A DNA stretch of 64,000 nt from assembly GCA_966095605.1 (NCBI GenBank), contig CBHTTJ010000002.1:8702-72701 (forward strand), written 5' to 3'. Of the stretch, positions 39,597 to 50,207 are shown in pieces. The translations under genes and the position numbers were made by a program. A model generated the notes under the pieces. It did not search any database and had not been told where the DNA came from. It worked only from the letters and a program-made list of their open reading frames with translations. Each line of letters begins with the position of its first letter. Within the stretch, counting starts at the first letter, position 1. Origin of the DNA: an uncultured bacterium (GTDB lineage: Bacteria; Verrucomicrobiota; Verrucomicrobiia; Limisphaerales; JACDHS01).

Positions 39597-40856
39597 ATGG
39601 AAAAAACAAAAATCGGAAATTCAGTTATCTCAACATCCACTCGACTGGCGCTGGCTTTGTCGCTCTCCGTGTTCGCATGGAACGCAAGCGCTGCGATCAT
39701 CGAAGTTCCTGACGATTATTCGACAATTCAGGGCGCGATCGACGCGGCGAGCAATGGGGATCAGATTCTGGTGGGAGAGGGGATCTATGAGGAAAATGTC
39801 AACGTAGACAAATCGATTTCGCTCATCAGCGATCGTGCGCGCATTGATGTGGACAACGCCTACTCCGCGATCACGATTGCTGCGGATGATGTCCTGGTCA
39901 GCGGATTCGATATTCGCACCACGGGTTCCTATGCCGTCGAATCCACGGGACAAGGCGGTCTCACCATCGACGCTTGCCAAATTCACGGCGGTGACGTGGT
40001 CCTAACATTCTCAAAAGGAACCACGATTACCAATTGCACTTCCGGTGGCGCTTACTTCGGCATTCATACGATGGGCAATGGGTATCTCGGCGGCGATCCT
40101 GATGTCATTACACATTGCGTGATCGAAGCAGCCTACGTCGGCATTGATGTCACGGACGCCTCAGTGCCGGTCGTGGTTCGTTCGAACAATGTTATGAATG
40201 CCTCCATCGGGATCGACGTAGGCGATAGTTCCGACGTTTCTTTGATCGGTAATTATGTTCGGAATGAAACCTCCGATACCCAGCCATTGCGGTTCTACTC
40301 GGAATTTAGCAATTGCGATGTGGCTCTGTCCGGCAACAACGTCTTTGCCGTCGCTGATCCGGCGATTTCTGTCACCGCGATCACCTTAATCAATGAAGGT
40401 GAAAGCACTTTGACCGTCGGTGGTCATTTTAATCGCTTCGGCGCTTCCACAGCTGTCACGCTTACTGGTGGTGGCACCTGCTTGACTGATCTCACCAACA
40501 ACTGGTGGGGCAAAAATAGCGCGCCAACCAGCGACGTCTCTGTCTCGCCCTGGTTGATTATGAGTGTCTCGCCGACATCCGCGACCCAAAGCAGTGGTTC
40601 TTTGGCCATAACCTGCAATTGGTTTACCAATTCTGCATCGCAAAATGTTTCTGGGCTCGGTTTGCTGCCGGATTCTCGCGACGGTCTTTATACAGCGGAT
40701 TCGGCGGGCTATCTCGTTGATCCTCTTTTGGACAACCGCGTTCCAATGGAGATCATCAACGGTAGTTCAACGGTCCTTTACCACCCATCTTCCGGCGCGG
40801 GAACAGTCCAGTGTACCCTGGACAATGAATCCATCCCGGTTCTTATCAACCACTAA
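39597..40856 (+). CDS. secreted right-handed parallel beta-helix (pectate-lyase-fold/NosD-like) protein
   Basis: Signal peptide ending AWNASA. IIEVPDDYSTIQGAIDAASNGDQILVGEGIYEENVNV is the usual beta-helix cap motif. Repeated short G/N/I-rich coils follow. Confidence 0.7.
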   Translation: MEKTKIGNSVISTSTRLALALSLSVFAWNASAAIIEVPDDYSTIQGAIDAASNGDQILVGEGIYEENVNVDKSISLISDRARIDVDNAYSAITIAADDVLVSGFDIRTTGSYAVESTGQGGLTIDACQIHGGDVVLTFSKGTTITNCTSGGAYFGIHTMGNGYLGGDPDVITHCVIEAAYVGIDVTDASVPVVVRSNNVMNASIGIDVGDSSDVSLIGNYVRNETSDTQPLRFYSEFSNCDVALSGNNVFAVADPAISVTAITLINEGESTLTVGGHFNRFGASTAVTLTGGGTCLTDLTNNWWGKNSAPTSDVSVSPWLIMSVSPTSATQSSGSLAITCNWFTNSASQNVSGLGLLPDSRDGLYTADSAGYLVDPLLDNRVPMEIINGSSTVLYHPSSGAGTVQCTLDNESIPVLINH

Positions 40857-40878
40857 TTGTAAAAGGTGTCGTGTTACA

Positions 40879-40912
40879 GGAACCCATTTCTCCGAAGTGG
40901 GTTCCTTTTTTT
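40879..40912 (+). terminator. Rho-independent terminator of the beta-helix gene
   Basis: Stem GGAACCCA (40879-40886) / TGGGTTCC (40898-40905), followed by T7. Confidence 0.8.
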
Positions 40913-41130
40913 GTGAGAAGGGCAGGAGTTCCGGAATTGAAGATGCAGTTGTCGTCGGTATTCGCCGTTCGTTTTCAAGAAGTGCGAGAGGCTCAGGCAT
41001 ACATTCCCTTAATTTTCAAGCCGCGAACATACCCGGCGGCATTTGATACAGACATCCGATGAATAGAATTACCGCAAGAAATCGCCCCGGCCTAAGCGGA
41101 TCATTGTTACTCTGTCCTTTGCTATTTTGT

Positions 41131-41158
41131 ACAAGAAAAAGCCGGAGCTAACTCCGGC
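41131..41158 (-). terminator. Rho-independent terminator of the 2956-aa gene
   Basis: Stem GCCGGAG (41141-41147) / CTCCGGC (41152-41158) with a 4-nt loop. On the minus strand it is followed by TTTTTCTTGT. It lies 30 nt after the CDS end at 41188. Confidence 0.8.
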
Positions 41159-41187
41159 TTTGCAAACATTAACAGTTTCTTATCGCA

Positions 41188-44100
41188 TCAATCGTTCGGC
41201 TGGATCAGGAACGATCCGCTAACGTGATTCGGTGCGCTGAGGAAATAACCGCGAGCGCTATTTTGTTTCTGCAACAAAACGCCTTTGACAGGAACCTTGG
41301 TGCCGGTTGTTCGGTCAATGAAGCTGCCGGTGATGATTCCGGTGTTCGGATCGATGCTGAGCAAGACATTATCGGATTGACCGGGATCAATGGCGATTGC
41401 GTTGTTCACGGTCAGAGTGAAGGTGTTTGTCACAGACCGCGTTAGGTCACCTCCGCTGAAGATCGCGAGACCATTCGTGAGCGAGAGGCCGCGAGTTCCA
41501 GGCGTCAATGAGATAGACGAACCCATTGCGACAACGTCGTTGGTAAAGCCTCCTGCATAATACGTAATAGTCGTAGTGCCAGCTTTCTTAATCCAGCTGA
41601 CATCACCCTCGACGCTGCTCGTTGGTTTGTTGGTCACCGTCAACCAGCCAATCAATGAACCTTTGGTGGCGTAGAGCGGGACGTACAAGGGAATTTGTCC
41701 ATACTTCGAAATGAATGTATTCTGAGCGATGGCGATTCCATCGGATAAACTGCCTGCAATGGTTACTGCACCATTGGTGTTAACGGAGACAGAGGCATAA
41801 CCATCGCCGCCTGGACTGGCGCTGCCATCACTATTGCCGGCAAGAGAAACGAGGTATTTACCCGCGCGAGGAGTAACATTCGTCGCACTGTAAATGGCGC
41901 GTTCGGCGCCCAGTTCCGCAATCCAATTTGCATTCGACACCGTGCCGAGCAGGTGATCTGTGATGCCATTGGTGGTATCCAAATCGAGGTCGAAGGTTAC
42001 TGCCGGAGAACCCGTATAAACGAATGTTGATTTGCCAGAAAGGTCGAATTGGCCTTTCAGCGCACGGCTGGTTCCGAGAAGGAAGAATTGCCCGGAGTAC
42101 GCTCCCGCGGAAGTCAGAACAAGCTTGAAGGATCCTGAGCTTTCGTGATTGACCGCATTGGTTTCAAAAAACAGACCGTTGTAAGTGCCGGCTCGTGGAA
42201 TAAAAAGATTGGTTACGAAGTTCGCCTGGACGATGACATTCGACAGCATTCGGAACGTCATGATCTTGTTGTTCGTTGTATAAGTTCCAGTCCAGTTGGA
42301 GAACAATTGCCCGGTTCCCGCTACGGCAGATATGGAGTAATTGCGGCCAACGTAGAGGGTTTGACCGGCAAGATTTGGCGTCATACTTCCGATCCCATTC
42401 GTAATGAGCGTCAACGAGCCAATGACCGGATAGAAGAAGTTGCGAGTCACGGGTTTCGATTCACGACCGATCGAGTTTACGCTCTTGACGATGATCGTGT
42501 TCGTGCCAGCGCTGAAGTTAAGCAACGGAGTTACCCAGTTGGTCGTTCCAGACGCCGCAACGAACGCACTGCCATTCCACGAGTAGAAAACCTGCGTGAC
42601 ACTGGTGTGGTCGGAAGCAGTGCCGGTAACATTGGTCAGCCCTGAAATGATCGTAGCCCCGGCGACTGGTTTTAAAATAGTGACATTAGGCACAATGGCG
42701 AGCGCCGCGGATGAGCTATCCAATTGAGAAACGGAATTGGAAACGCTCACAGAATAGTTGGCTTCATCCGCATTAACGGCTCCAATCACCGTGAGAGAAC
42801 TGGATGTCGCACCTGCGATATGTCCGTTATCAATCAACGCCGTTCCATTCTTCTTCCATTGGAAGGCGAGGGGAGCCGTGCCAGCGACGTTTACCGAGAA
42901 GACAGCGTTAGAGCCATAGACAACCAGCTGATCTTGGGGTTGTGAGTTAAAGATTGGTCCACTAAGGACGGTGAGAGCTGCCCCGGTGCTGATTTGTTTT
43001 CCGGCAAAGTTGCTGACCGTAACCGAGTAGATGCCCGCGTTGGTCAATTTCACATTGTTAATCTGGAGCGTATCCGTGGTGGCACCGCTGATATCGCCAC
43101 CATCGACAAGAATCGTTGTCCCCTTCTTCCATTGATAACCCGGAGTCGAGCCTGTTACCGCGACACTAAACGTCGCGGTCGTGCCGGCGACGTTGGTCGT
43201 GTCTTGTGGCTGTGAAGTGATTGTAATGGCGTCGACAACAGTTAACGTGGCGGCACTGCTCGTCGCTGTGCCTGCGTAGTTTGTCACGACCACGTGGTAA
43301 TTGCCGATACTGCCTTGAGAGACGCCGGGAATGGAAAGCGTGCCTGCATTTGCGCCTAACACACCGAAGCCATTCGTAAGCGCGATTCCATTTTTAAACC
43401 ATTGATACGCGAGAGGAGTGGTGCCGCTGCACAGAACCGTAAACGAAGCGGTGGTGCCGCTGACATTGGTTCGGCTCAATGGGTGAGCGGTGACGACGGG
43501 TGGAGCGAAAACCTTCAGAGTGGCTGGTTTACTAACGACGCTGCCAACCGCATTGGTGATGAGAACAGTGTAAGCGGCGGAGTCACCCGGCAAAACGCTG
43601 CTGAATGAGAGCGTCGCACTGTTCGCGCCCGAGACGTAATAATTGTTCGTAATCGGGATACCGGCTTTCTTCCATTGGTAACCCAGGCCAATTCCGGAAG
43701 CAGCAACGGTGAAGCTCGCCGGGGTCCCCGCGATATTGGTGGAATTTGCCGGTTGTCCAGTGATCGCTGGCAGAGCAAGAACCGTCAAGTGAGCGTTGGA
43801 ACTGCTTACTGCGCCGAGCCCGTTACTGACGACAACGGAGTAATCGCCGTTATTCAAGGAGGTCAGGCTCTTCACGCTCAGTGTTGCCGTGGTGGCTCCA
43901 ACAATTTGAGTGGAATTCACGAGAGGAGTTCCATCCTTCTTCCATTGATACACCAAAGAAGAGCCGGAAGCTGTTACGGTGAATGTAGCAACCGTATTTG
44001 CGCCATTCGTCCGACTCAGCGGTTGAGTAAGAATCGAAACGGGCTGCAAAATAATGAGATTAACTGCGGCGCTCGTCACTTGACCTGCTTCATTCGCAAC

Positions 44101-47100
44101 AATCACCCGATACAATCCTGAATCGGATGGGGTGGAAGATTCGATCGTCAAAATGGAGGTGTTCGCACCGAAGAGGCGTCCGCTGTCGGTGGCGTCGTCG
44201 ATAAGATCGATGTTACTCTTTTGCCATTGATAGGTGAGATTTGAGCCCGATGCGGTGACTTCGACATAAGACGTAACACCGCTCGCATTTGTCTGTGCTA
44301 TAGGTGGAATCGTGATAACGGGAGGTGTAATAATATCGACGATTGCATCATCGCTCAACGTCATTCCGGCTCCGTTGGTGACAAGAACAGAATATGCGCC
44401 CCCATCAGCCAGGGTTGCTGAAGTGACTGTCAGATTGGTGGAGGTTGCGCCGGTGATGCGCCCGCCGTTCACCAGGTTCGTTCCATCCTTTCTCCATTGA
44501 TAGGAGAGGGGAGCAGTTCCGGTCGCACTCACAGTCAACACGACATTTGAACCGATTCCCTTGATTTGCCCCAGCGGTTGGATTACGACAGACGGAACGG
44601 CCGTGACATGCAAGTGTGCATTGGAGCTGTTCGTCGATCCTGCGCTGTTACTCACAAGCACCGAGTAATCGTCTTCTTCACTCGCGGAAACAGACGCAAC
44701 GGTCAACGTTGCATTCGTTGTTCCGGAATAAGTCCCGTTGTCGGTCAAAGCGGAGTTGTTCTTTTTCCATTGATACGTCGCGGGCACCTGGCTCGATGCC
44801 GCTACAGTGAAAAGAGCTGTGGATCCCGGGTTGTTCGTCACGCTCAGCGGTTGCGATGTGATAACAGGAACAGTTACAACCGTTAAATGGGCGTCACTGC
44901 TCGTTTGATTTCCAGCAATATTGGTAAGGACCACAGAGTAATCACCCACATCGAGCAAGCTGACACCGGCAATCGTTAACGTGGTCGTCGTGGCGCCAGA
45001 AATTGACCCACCGTTGCTGAGAACGCTTCCATTTTTTCTCCAGCGATAAGTCAAATTTTGTCCGGTTGCTGTTACCGAGAACGTTGCCGTTGTGCCTGCG
45101 TTATTAGTCCTTGATCCAGGCTGGCTTGTAATTACCGGTGCGTCGACAACAGTCAGATGAGCCGACAAACTTGTGGCATTACCCGCGGAATTTGTCACGT
45201 AAAGCGAATAATCGGCGACATCCGCCTGAGAAACACCGCTCAACGTCAGCGTGGGAGTCAAGGCCCCGGAAACGTTGCCGCCGTTTGAAACACCAACACC
45301 ATTTTTCTTCCATTGATATCCAATATTGAGGCCAGAAGCCGAACCACTCAAGGTGACCGTGGTGCCTGCAACGACAGTCTGCGCTGTTGGGTTTGTCGTA
45401 ATCGTCGGTGGATCGATTACAGTTAGATGGGCCGTCGCACTGGTTGCTTGACCGGCGGCATTCGTAACTATGACAGAATAATCGCCGATACTCGATGAGG
45501 TAACGTTCGCCAGCACGAGATTAGCCGTCGTGGCGCCAATAACGTTCGCGCTATTCGTCAAAGCAACGCCACCTTTTTTCCATTGGTAATACAGTGGCTC
45601 GGTTCCGCTCGCTGTCACCGTGAAGTTGGCGGTATCCCCAGAATTTATTGTTTGTGGACTTGGATCAGTCACGATAGAAGGCGGTATCATTACCGTCAAA
45701 GAAGCGGGGCTGCTGTCGACGGATCCGATCGGGTTGCTGACGGTGACTGTATAATCTGCTTCGTCCGAGGACGTGATAGATCCAACCGTCAGATTGGTTG
45801 TAGTTGAGCCGGAAATGTTGCCGGCGTCAGAAAGTGTCGCGCCGTTCTTTTTCCATTGATAACTGAGGGGCGCGGTTCCCGAGGCAGACACAGTAAATAT
45901 GGCATTTTGTCCCTGTGCAACAACCTGGTCCAATGGATGAGAGCTGATCTGTGGAGACGTCTGGACAACGATCGCGGAAGCAACCACGCCGTTTTGTGTG
46001 TCTATGGAGACGAATTTGTTTCCATCCGTGTCGACGTGCGCGGCGAAGTTTACATTGCCACTGTTGGTGCCTGAACCAAAGCTTGGGAAATTATAAGTTC
46101 CAAGAAGCGTTGGGCTGGCAGGGACGGAAATGTCATACATCTTTAAAATGTGTCCGGAGGTGTTTGTTGTGTTATCGTCGAGCACGCCGGCCATCAGCTG
46201 ATGGTTTGTATCCACGCCGATCGCCAGAAGGTTGGAATCGAATCCAGCAATCGTCGCATTGACAGTCGCGACACCCGTCCCAGGATTGAACGAATAGTTT
46301 GTTGCTGTGGTGGCAGATCGATTCTTGCTGTAAAAGGAATTCCCGGAACCAAAGGCCACCCCTTTGCTCCACGCTCCACCAACAATGGCCGAGGACGGGT
46401 TAACTAGAGTTGGCGTGAAATTCGTGCCATTCGTTGTAGTAAAGAGTACAGCATTCGTCGCTGCAGAACCCGAAACAAGAATTTGCGTTCCAGTGCCGCT
46501 GCCACGAATCGCAAACGAATCGCCCCAGCGAGCGGTAACACCAGAGTCAGGTGCGCCCGAATAAGCAAGAACGGGTGTGTCGCTATAATTGGCCCATCGA
46601 TAGATTCGCAAGGGACTGCTGCCGCTGGATGTCGTTAAATTTGCCGCGTAAACGACACCGTTGGACGTAACTCCGACTTTGTTGAGGAAAAATTGGCCAC
46701 CGGTCACAATATTTGTTGGGGCGTTCAGAACGAGATTAAGATCAGCTCCCGTATCGGCATTGACTGCAACAATGGAGCCGGAGTTTGTTGCGCGGCTAAC
46801 AATCAAAACGTGATTGCTCACCGTGTTAATGGCGATACCGCGTTCGGTTGTGCCGATGCTCACATAACCACGTGAACCGGCCGTGATACTCCAGAGATTG
46901 GAAACGCTAATTATTTGTGTCAGGCCAACGCTTACCGTCAAGGAAGCGTTGCTGCTCGTTACCGAGCCCGCAACGTTCGTAATCACCACTGAATAGTTGC
47001 CGGCATCGTTCGTCTCCACCCCATTCTTTGTGTAGAAGCTGTTTGTCGCTCCGGCGATCGTGGTTCCATTTAATCTCCAACGATAACTCAACGGAACGGT

Positions 47101-50058
47101 TCCAGAAGCGGTCACGTTGAAAGTAACGTTTGCCCCGACAGAAACTGTCTGGTTTTGTGGCTGGCCGGAAATCGATGGGGGAGTGAGAACGGTCAAATTG
47201 ACTATGTCGCTGGTCACGTTTCCAGCAGTATTGCTGATGATTACAGAATAATTCGCGGCATCCGATGCGCTGACAGAGGCGAGATTGAGCGTTGCGCTGG
47301 TGGCACCTGAAACATTTCCGCCGTTGGACAAAACCACCCCGTTTTTCATCCACTTGTATGCTGGGCTCGTACCGGAAGCAACGACGCTGAACGTGGCCAA
47401 AGTCCCCGCGGTATTGGTCCGACTGGTGGGCTGTGTTGTTATTACCGGCGGATCAATTACGATCAACGCAGCAGCAGAACTGGAAGCAGTCCCAAAGTTG
47501 TTTGTGACCACGACTGAATAATTTGCGGCATCCGCCTGAGAGATAGAACTGATGGTCAAAGAGGCTGTTGTCGCGCCGGAGATATTTCCTCCATTGACCA
47601 GGTTTGTTCCGGTTTTCTTCCATTGATAGGAGAGCGGAAGACTGCCTGAGGCCGTCACCGTGAACACAGCATTGCTACCGGCATTGTTGGTCTGGCTGGT
47701 TGGGTTTGATGTAATGGATGGAACAGAATTTACAACGAGTGTTGCAGCCGAGCTATTGGTAATGCCAGCGGAGTTTGTAACAGTGACAGAATAGTCTGCG
47801 CCATCATTTGAAGTTACCGAGGTCAGGGTGAGAGCGGAAGATGTCGCTCCAGCAATATTTCCTCCGTTGCTCAAAGCAGAACCATTCTTTTTCCATTGAT
47901 AGCTTAGTGGTGCTGTGCCCGTTGCGGTCACAGAAAAGTTGGCTGTGGTTCCAGCATTGTTGGTTGAGTTTTGCGGCTGCGTGGTGATGGTTGGAGGAAG
48001 AATGGTCACAGTCAAAGCTGCGTTTGAACTGGTGATTGTTCCGTAGGCATTGGTGATGACCACAGAGTAATTGCCAGCGTCAGCTGTCTGGACGTTCGTT
48101 CGGGTGTAACTGCTGGTGGTTGCTCCCGCGATGTTCGTCGTGTTAAATCTCCATTGGTATCCCAGTGAAGCCGTTCCCGTTGCAGTCACCGAGAAAAGTG
48201 CGTTGGTTCCGGCGACGACCGACTGGCTTTGTGGCTGCTGGCTGATTCCTGGAACTGTCCCCCCAATGGCAAACGTTTTCGCGCTGGCCTGGGCGCTGTT
48301 CGCAGAAGCCCCAACATAGTTTGTTGAGCGAACCACAAAATAATAAGTCGTATCCGGCGACAGGCCAGTGACGCTGTAGCTGGACGTGTTTGGCGCAACG
48401 TCCGCCACATCGGTATAAGGTCCTCCAGAAGTTGTGCTTTGACGGACGGCAAAGCTGCTCTCGTTGCTCGAATTATCCGTCCACGTCAGGTTGATCTGAG
48501 ATCCGGTGACCGGTGAGGCGGTTAAGCCGCTGGGGGCCGTTGGGGTGGAAGTTGGCTTAACAAAAACCATTTTCAAACCGTCGACCATCGCAATCCCCCC
48601 TGGTTCTGGAAAATTATCATAGATCTTGATGTTGCCGTTGGTTCCGGCGGCAAAAGGATATTGGCCCACGAAGCTCCAGTTCCCAGCGTTTGTGGTTTGA
48701 TTCACATTCACTGAAGCACTTCCGCCGTTGTACGAAATCGTGAAAGGCACCGCCGCCGACGCTTCAGCACGATTCGGATGCCATTGGTAAACTTTATAAT
48801 CACCGGGAACTTTTACGTTTGGAGTGAATTGAATATAAGACGTACCCGCGCCTTGGCTCTTTGTGAAATAATTTGTTCCGAAGGAGTTAGTGTCGGTTCC
48901 GCTGCCATTCCCTGTAAAGGTTGGGGTGGTCGTCGTTGCGGAGAAAGTCTTGACCATGGTCCAAGTTCCGACCCGGGTCGCGTTGGCGTCGTCAATAACG
49001 ATGTTGTTGACGATATCCGTAAAGGTACCACTTGTGCCAAGGGTAATGTTGGTGAATTGAACAGAACCATGCAAATCGGCGCGCCAGAAATTCACGCCGT
49101 TGTAACCACCAGCGGTCACGCAATTCGGATCAGCTTGCGCATAATCAATGAATTCTGTGACGTCCTTGTCCGGATAAGCGATCGTTGTTCCATTGCAGCG
49201 ACTGCCAACGATCATGTTCCCCGCCGGACCGTAAACATCCTGCACGGGGACGATGGGTTTGATGGCGTCCGACCAGAAGATGGTCTGGCCATTAACATTG
49301 CTGCTCGTGCCTGAAATGGAATTTTGCCATGTGCGCCAGTTTACATCCGACCAGTTCATCGCCGCACTCGCAGAACCCTGGATTCCGGACGCTGAGAAGT
49401 GATAGACCTGAGGCATGACCGCATCGCACCAATAACCGAACTCCTTATAAGGAAAAGTCGAATGCGATGCGATAATCGGGAAAGGGGCATGGGCAAGGAA
49501 TTTGGTGGGCCAGTTCGAGCGGACTGTTGACATTAAGGTCCATGCCTGGGCGGCACCGTTCGTAATCCACGTATTGGCAGCTCTCGTTTCCCATTCTGCT
49601 TCAGCGTCGTAAACAAACCCGTCAGCACCATTGTTAAAGCAGCTTGTCGCGAGCGCGACTTCGCCAGGAATGTCACTCCCATAAGACCGAGTGTAGCCAA
49701 AGACCCATACACCGTTTGCGTGGGCCGTTGTACAAAGGCTCGCCGTGACCTGATGTGGGCTGCCGAAGCTGCAACCCGTATAGTTTGTTGAGCCTGTTCC
49801 CACTTTGATCAAAACGTATTTCACCCCGATATTTTTATAATATTGAAAAAGCGTGGCGGTGCTGGTCACGGAGCTGACTGTGCCACCCAGCTTGTTGGTC
49901 GCGTCCTTCATGGAATAAATCCACTCGCCCTTACCAAGGTTGGACGGGTCAATTCCTCCGTCCCGGATGACCGCTTTCGCAGGCGTGCCGATTAAAAGAG
50001 TGGCGAGGATGCCAAAATAAGAAAGGATACGTGGGCAGGGGAGTTTAGATGGAAACAT
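41188..50058 (-). CDS. 2956-aa secreted giant Ig-repeat surface protein with glycoside-hydrolase-like N-terminal domain
   Basis: Start set at ATG 50058 (MFPSKLPCPRILSYFGILATLLIGTPAKA); the ORF extends to 50142. The N-terminus is a TIM-barrel-like domain, then one CBM-like domain shared with the 1718-aa protein, then FN3. There are 17 I-set-type Ig repeats (Y(Q/R/K)W(K/R).NG ... (A/G)NYSVV(I/V)TN) in blocks of 5 and 12, split by a ~320-aa non-Ig insert. A ~600-aa C-terminal module follows. Confidence 0.85.
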   Translation of the reverse strand: MFPSKLPCPRILSYFGILATLLIGTPAKAVIRDGGIDPSNLGKGEWIYSMKDATNKLGGTVSSVTSTATLFQYYKNIGVKYVLIKVGTGSTNYTGCSFGSPHQVTASLCTTAHANGVWVFGYTRSYGSDIPGEVALATSCFNNGADGFVYDAEAEWETRAANTWITNGAAQAWTLMSTVRSNWPTKFLAHAPFPIIASHSTFPYKEFGYWCDAVMPQVYHFSASGIQGSASAAMNWSDVNWRTWQNSISGTSSNVNGQTIFWSDAIKPIVPVQDVYGPAGNMIVGSRCNGTTIAYPDKDVTEFIDYAQADPNCVTAGGYNGVNFWRADLHGSVQFTNITLGTSGTFTDIVNNIVIDDANATRVGTWTMVKTFSATTTTPTFTGNGSGTDTNSFGTNYFTKSQGAGTSYIQFTPNVKVPGDYKVYQWHPNRAEASAAVPFTISYNGGSASVNVNQTTNAGNWSFVGQYPFAAGTNGNIKIYDNFPEPGGIAMVDGLKMVFVKPTSTPTAPSGLTASPVTGSQINLTWTDNSSNESSFAVRQSTTSGGPYTDVADVAPNTSSYSVTGLSPDTTYYFVVRSTNYVGASANSAQASAKTFAIGGTVPGISQQPQSQSVVAGTNALFSVTATGTASLGYQWRFNTTNIAGATTSSYTRTNVQTADAGNYSVVITNAYGTITSSNAALTVTILPPTITTQPQNSTNNAGTTANFSVTATGTAPLSYQWKKNGSALSNGGNIAGATSSALTLTSVTSNDGADYSVTVTNSAGITNSSAATLVVNSVPSITSNPTSQTNNAGSNAVFTVTASGSLPLSYQWKKTGTNLVNGGNISGATTASLTISSISQADAANYSVVVTNNFGTASSSAAALIVIDPPVITTQPTSRTNTAGTLATFSVVASGTSPAYKWMKNGVVLSNGGNVSGATSATLNLASVSASDAANYSVIISNTAGNVTSDIVNLTVLTPPSISGQPQNQTVSVGANVTFNVTASGTVPLSYRWRLNGTTIAGATNSFYTKNGVETNDAGNYSVVITNVAGSVTSSNASLTVSVGLTQIISVSNLWSITAGSRGYVSIGTTERGIAINTVSNHVLIVSRATNSGSIVAVNADTGADLNLVLNAPTNIVTGGQFFLNKVGVTSNGVVYAANLTTSSGSSPLRIYRWANYSDTPVLAYSGAPDSGVTARWGDSFAIRGSGTGTQILVSGSAATNAVLFTTTNGTNFTPTLVNPSSAIVGGAWSKGVAFGSGNSFYSKNRSATTATNYSFNPGTGVATVNATIAGFDSNLLAIGVDTNHQLMAGVLDDNTTNTSGHILKMYDISVPASPTLLGTYNFPSFGSGTNSGNVNFAAHVDTDGNKFVSIDTQNGVVASAIVVQTSPQISSHPLDQVVAQGQNAIFTVSASGTAPLSYQWKKNGATLSDAGNISGSTTTNLTVGSITSSDEADYTVTVSNPIGSVDSSPASLTVMIPPSIVTDPSPQTINSGDTANFTVTASGTEPLYYQWKKGGVALTNSANVIGATTANLVLANVTSSSIGDYSVIVTNAAGQATSATAHLTVIDPPTITTNPTAQTVVAGTTVTLSGSASGLNIGYQWKKNGVGVSNGGNVSGALTPTLTLSGVSQADVADYSLYVTNSAGNATSLSAHLTVVDAPVITSQPGSRTNNAGTTATFSVTATGQNLTYRWRKNGSVLSNGGSISGATTTTLTIAGVSLLDVGDYSVVLTNIAGNQTSSDAHLTVVTVPVITSQPLSVTNNPGSTALFTVAASSQVPATYQWKKNNSALTDNGTYSGTTNATLTVASVSASEEDDYSVLVSNSAGSTNSSNAHLHVTAVPSVVIQPLGQIKGIGSNVVLTVSATGTAPLSYQWRKDGTNLVNGGRITGATSTNLTVTSATLADGGAYSVLVTNGAGMTLSDDAIVDIITPPVITIPPIAQTNASGVTSYVEVTASGSNLTYQWQKSNIDLIDDATDSGRLFGANTSILTIESSTPSDSGLYRVIVANEAGQVTSAAVNLIILQPVSILTQPLSRTNGANTVATFTVTASGSSLVYQWKKDGTPLVNSTQIVGATTATLSVKSLTSLNNGDYSVVVSNGLGAVSSSNAHLTVLALPAITGQPANSTNIAGTPASFTVAASGIGLGYQWKKAGIPITNNYYVSGANSATLSFSSVLPGDSAAYTVLITNAVGSVVSKPATLKVFAPPVVTAHPLSRTNVSGTTASFTVLCSGTTPLAYQWFKNGIALTNGFGVLGANAGTLSIPGVSQGSIGNYHVVVTNYAGTATSSAATLTVVDAITITSQPQDTTNVAGTTATFSVAVTGSTPGYQWKKGTTILVDGGDISGATTDTLQINNVKLTNAGIYSVTVSNFAGKQISTGAALTVLSGPIFNSQPQDQLVVYGSNAVFSVNVAGTAPLAFQWKKNGTALIDNGHIAGATSSSLTVIGAVNADEANYSVSVSNSVSQLDSSSAALAIVPNVTILKPVAGATIISGLTNVTGTASDHTSVTQVFYSWNGSAFVAASGTTNWVTPLLNFSAGTNTIIVKSVNSIGRESKPVTRNFFYPVIGSLTLITNGIGSMTPNLAGQTLYVGRNYSISAVAGTGQLFSNWTGTYTTNNKIMTFRMLSNVIVQANFVTNLFIPRAGTYNGLFFETNAVNHESSGSFKLVLTSAGAYSGQFFLLGTSRALKGQFDLSGKSTFVYTGSPAVTFDLDLDTTNGITDHLLGTVSNANWIAELGAERAIYSATNVTPRAGKYLVSLAGNSDGSASPGGDGYASVSVNTNGAVTIAGSLSDGIAIAQNTFISKYGQIPLYVPLYATKGSLIGWLTVTNKPTSSVEGDVSWIKKAGTTTITYYAGGFTNDVVAMGSSISLTPGTRGLSLTNGLAIFSGGDLTRSVTNTFTLTVNNAIAIDPGQSDNVLLSIDPNTGIITGSFIDRTTGTKVPVKGVLLQKQNSARGYFLSAPNHVSGSFLIQPND
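42690..45960 (-). repeat. 12 tandem ~89-aa Ig-like (I-set) coding repeats
   Basis: Recurrent LSYQWKKNG...GG.(I/V)(S/A)GAT...L.(I/V)..V...D.(A/G).YSV.V(T/S)N..G...S..A.LTV, counted by the YQWKK-type motif. Boundaries are approximate. Confidence 0.75.
46930..48250 (-). repeat. 5 tandem Ig-like (I-set) coding repeats
   Basis: Motifs LGYQWRFN, LSYQWKKNG, LSYQWKKTG, PAYKWMKNG and LSYRWRLNG, each ~88 aa apart. Boundaries are approximate. Confidence 0.75.
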
Positions 50059-50207
50059 AGGTTTTAATGGACATTGCGCACACTGCAGACGGAATCGACG
50101 TTCTCGGACAAGAGAACATTGGGTCATCGTAACGTGAATCAAATCAATGGAAGTTTTTCAAGTCAAGGCAACGTTTTGTGGGATTTTTCCCGACAATTGT
50201 CAGATGT

